The notes under the pieces: model-generated | What the model was told of the DNA's origin: nothing | What the model saw: the letters and a program-made list of their open reading frames with translations, nothing else | The model's database searches: none | In this document: piece by piece, positions 63,223-64,000 of the stretch | Numbering within the stretch: position 1 is the stretch's first letter | How the letters are laid out: the number at the start of each line of letters is the position of its first letter | Assembly (NCBI GenBank): GCA_024679065.1 | Contig: JAGIQG010000013.1 | Coordinates: 23,932,001 to 23,996,000 of the forward strand | DNA: 64,000 bases | Direction: 5' to 3' | Origin: Sphyrna mokarran | Lineage: Eukaryota | Position numbers and translations under genes: made by a program

Positions 63223-64000
63223 TCACATGGGGAAACATCCAGGCATGAAAGGGCTCAGCCAGGCCAGGGATAAAGGATGGCTCATTTGTTAGCTCACTGG
63301 ACTTCTGCTGCGATGATGCACTGAAAATGAAGCTGTATCCTTTATTCCTCATGGTGGTTTCTCTGATCTTGGTCCATTCATTCCATATATATCCTCTGAG
63401 TGGAAAATAGTTTCTATGAAACTACATCAGACAATTTTCCAAATGATTCTCCTCAATGCATGCCACTGTGTGTCTTTTCAATCCTAATAGATATCTATGC
63501 TATCTAGCAGGAGTTTCAGGAAGTTAGGATGGTGATTCCCTGTCTTAGTTGTGTCCCATTTTCCATTTTAAGACAATGTAGAGATAGTAAAATCACTCTG
63601 TGGCACAAGACTGGAATGTCACTCAGGTTTCAAAAAGTGGTTCAGAATGGGGTCGAGAACAGCTGCCAATGATATAGTTAGAATGTGAGTCTTCCACTAT
63701 TTCCTTGTCTGGTTGGCTGTAAATAAAGGAACATTTGCAAGAAAGGGAAATACATGTCAATTGAATTCTGATACTTCCTAATGTTGCTAGTAACGGTGAT
63801 GCTGATGGTATGTCACACGATGATGGCATGACAGATGTATTAGGAAACTTAAACATCTTAAACATTACTGTGAGATTACTTGGTAAAGGCACAAGTGTTA
63901 CCTTGGCATCAAAGCTTCTACGTGCAGTTTAAAATTTGCAAAACCATACACTTTCCCTTATTCTCAAAGTGGGACTCCATATAGAAAACATTAATAGCAC

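Noticed and set aside
1-64000. Prokaryotic-style systems (CRISPR arrays, operons, defence islands)
   Set aside because: The sequence is vertebrate, with spliced genes and SINE/LINE repeats; there is no repeat-spacer array.

Overview
Eukaryotic, repeat-rich vertebrate DNA, almost certainly from a shark (abundant HE1-type V-SINEs, HER1/CR1 LINEs, SacSINE/Deu-domain SINEs). There is no prokaryotic content. Two genes converge tail-to-tail. (1) A vestigial-like gene on the minus strand has three coding exons with consistent splice phases (60298-60182, 58005-57753, 56530-56042), a TONDU/TEAD-binding motif and VGLL3-type sequence; its promoter and introns are CpG-rich. I could not find the canonical short fourth exon. 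(2) A ~590-bp terminal coding exon on the plus strand (21232-21824) resembles the C-terminal tail of the receptor tyrosine kinase ROS1. In mammals ROS1 is the tail-to-tail neighbour of VGLL2, not VGLL3, so this may be a second ROS1 ohnolog retained in sharks (inference). The rest is mostly decayed SINEs, CR1, L2 and Rex/Babar LINEs, Penelope-like fragments with hammerhead-ribozyme motifs and MITE-like remnants. One Penelope-derived ~350-bp near-perfect palindrome carries an apparently intact minimal hammerhead on each strand and is flanked by an 11-bp direct repeat. Nearly all short ORFs in the track are repeat-derived noise. Repeat boundaries are approximate and repeat family names come from recall, not from a database search.
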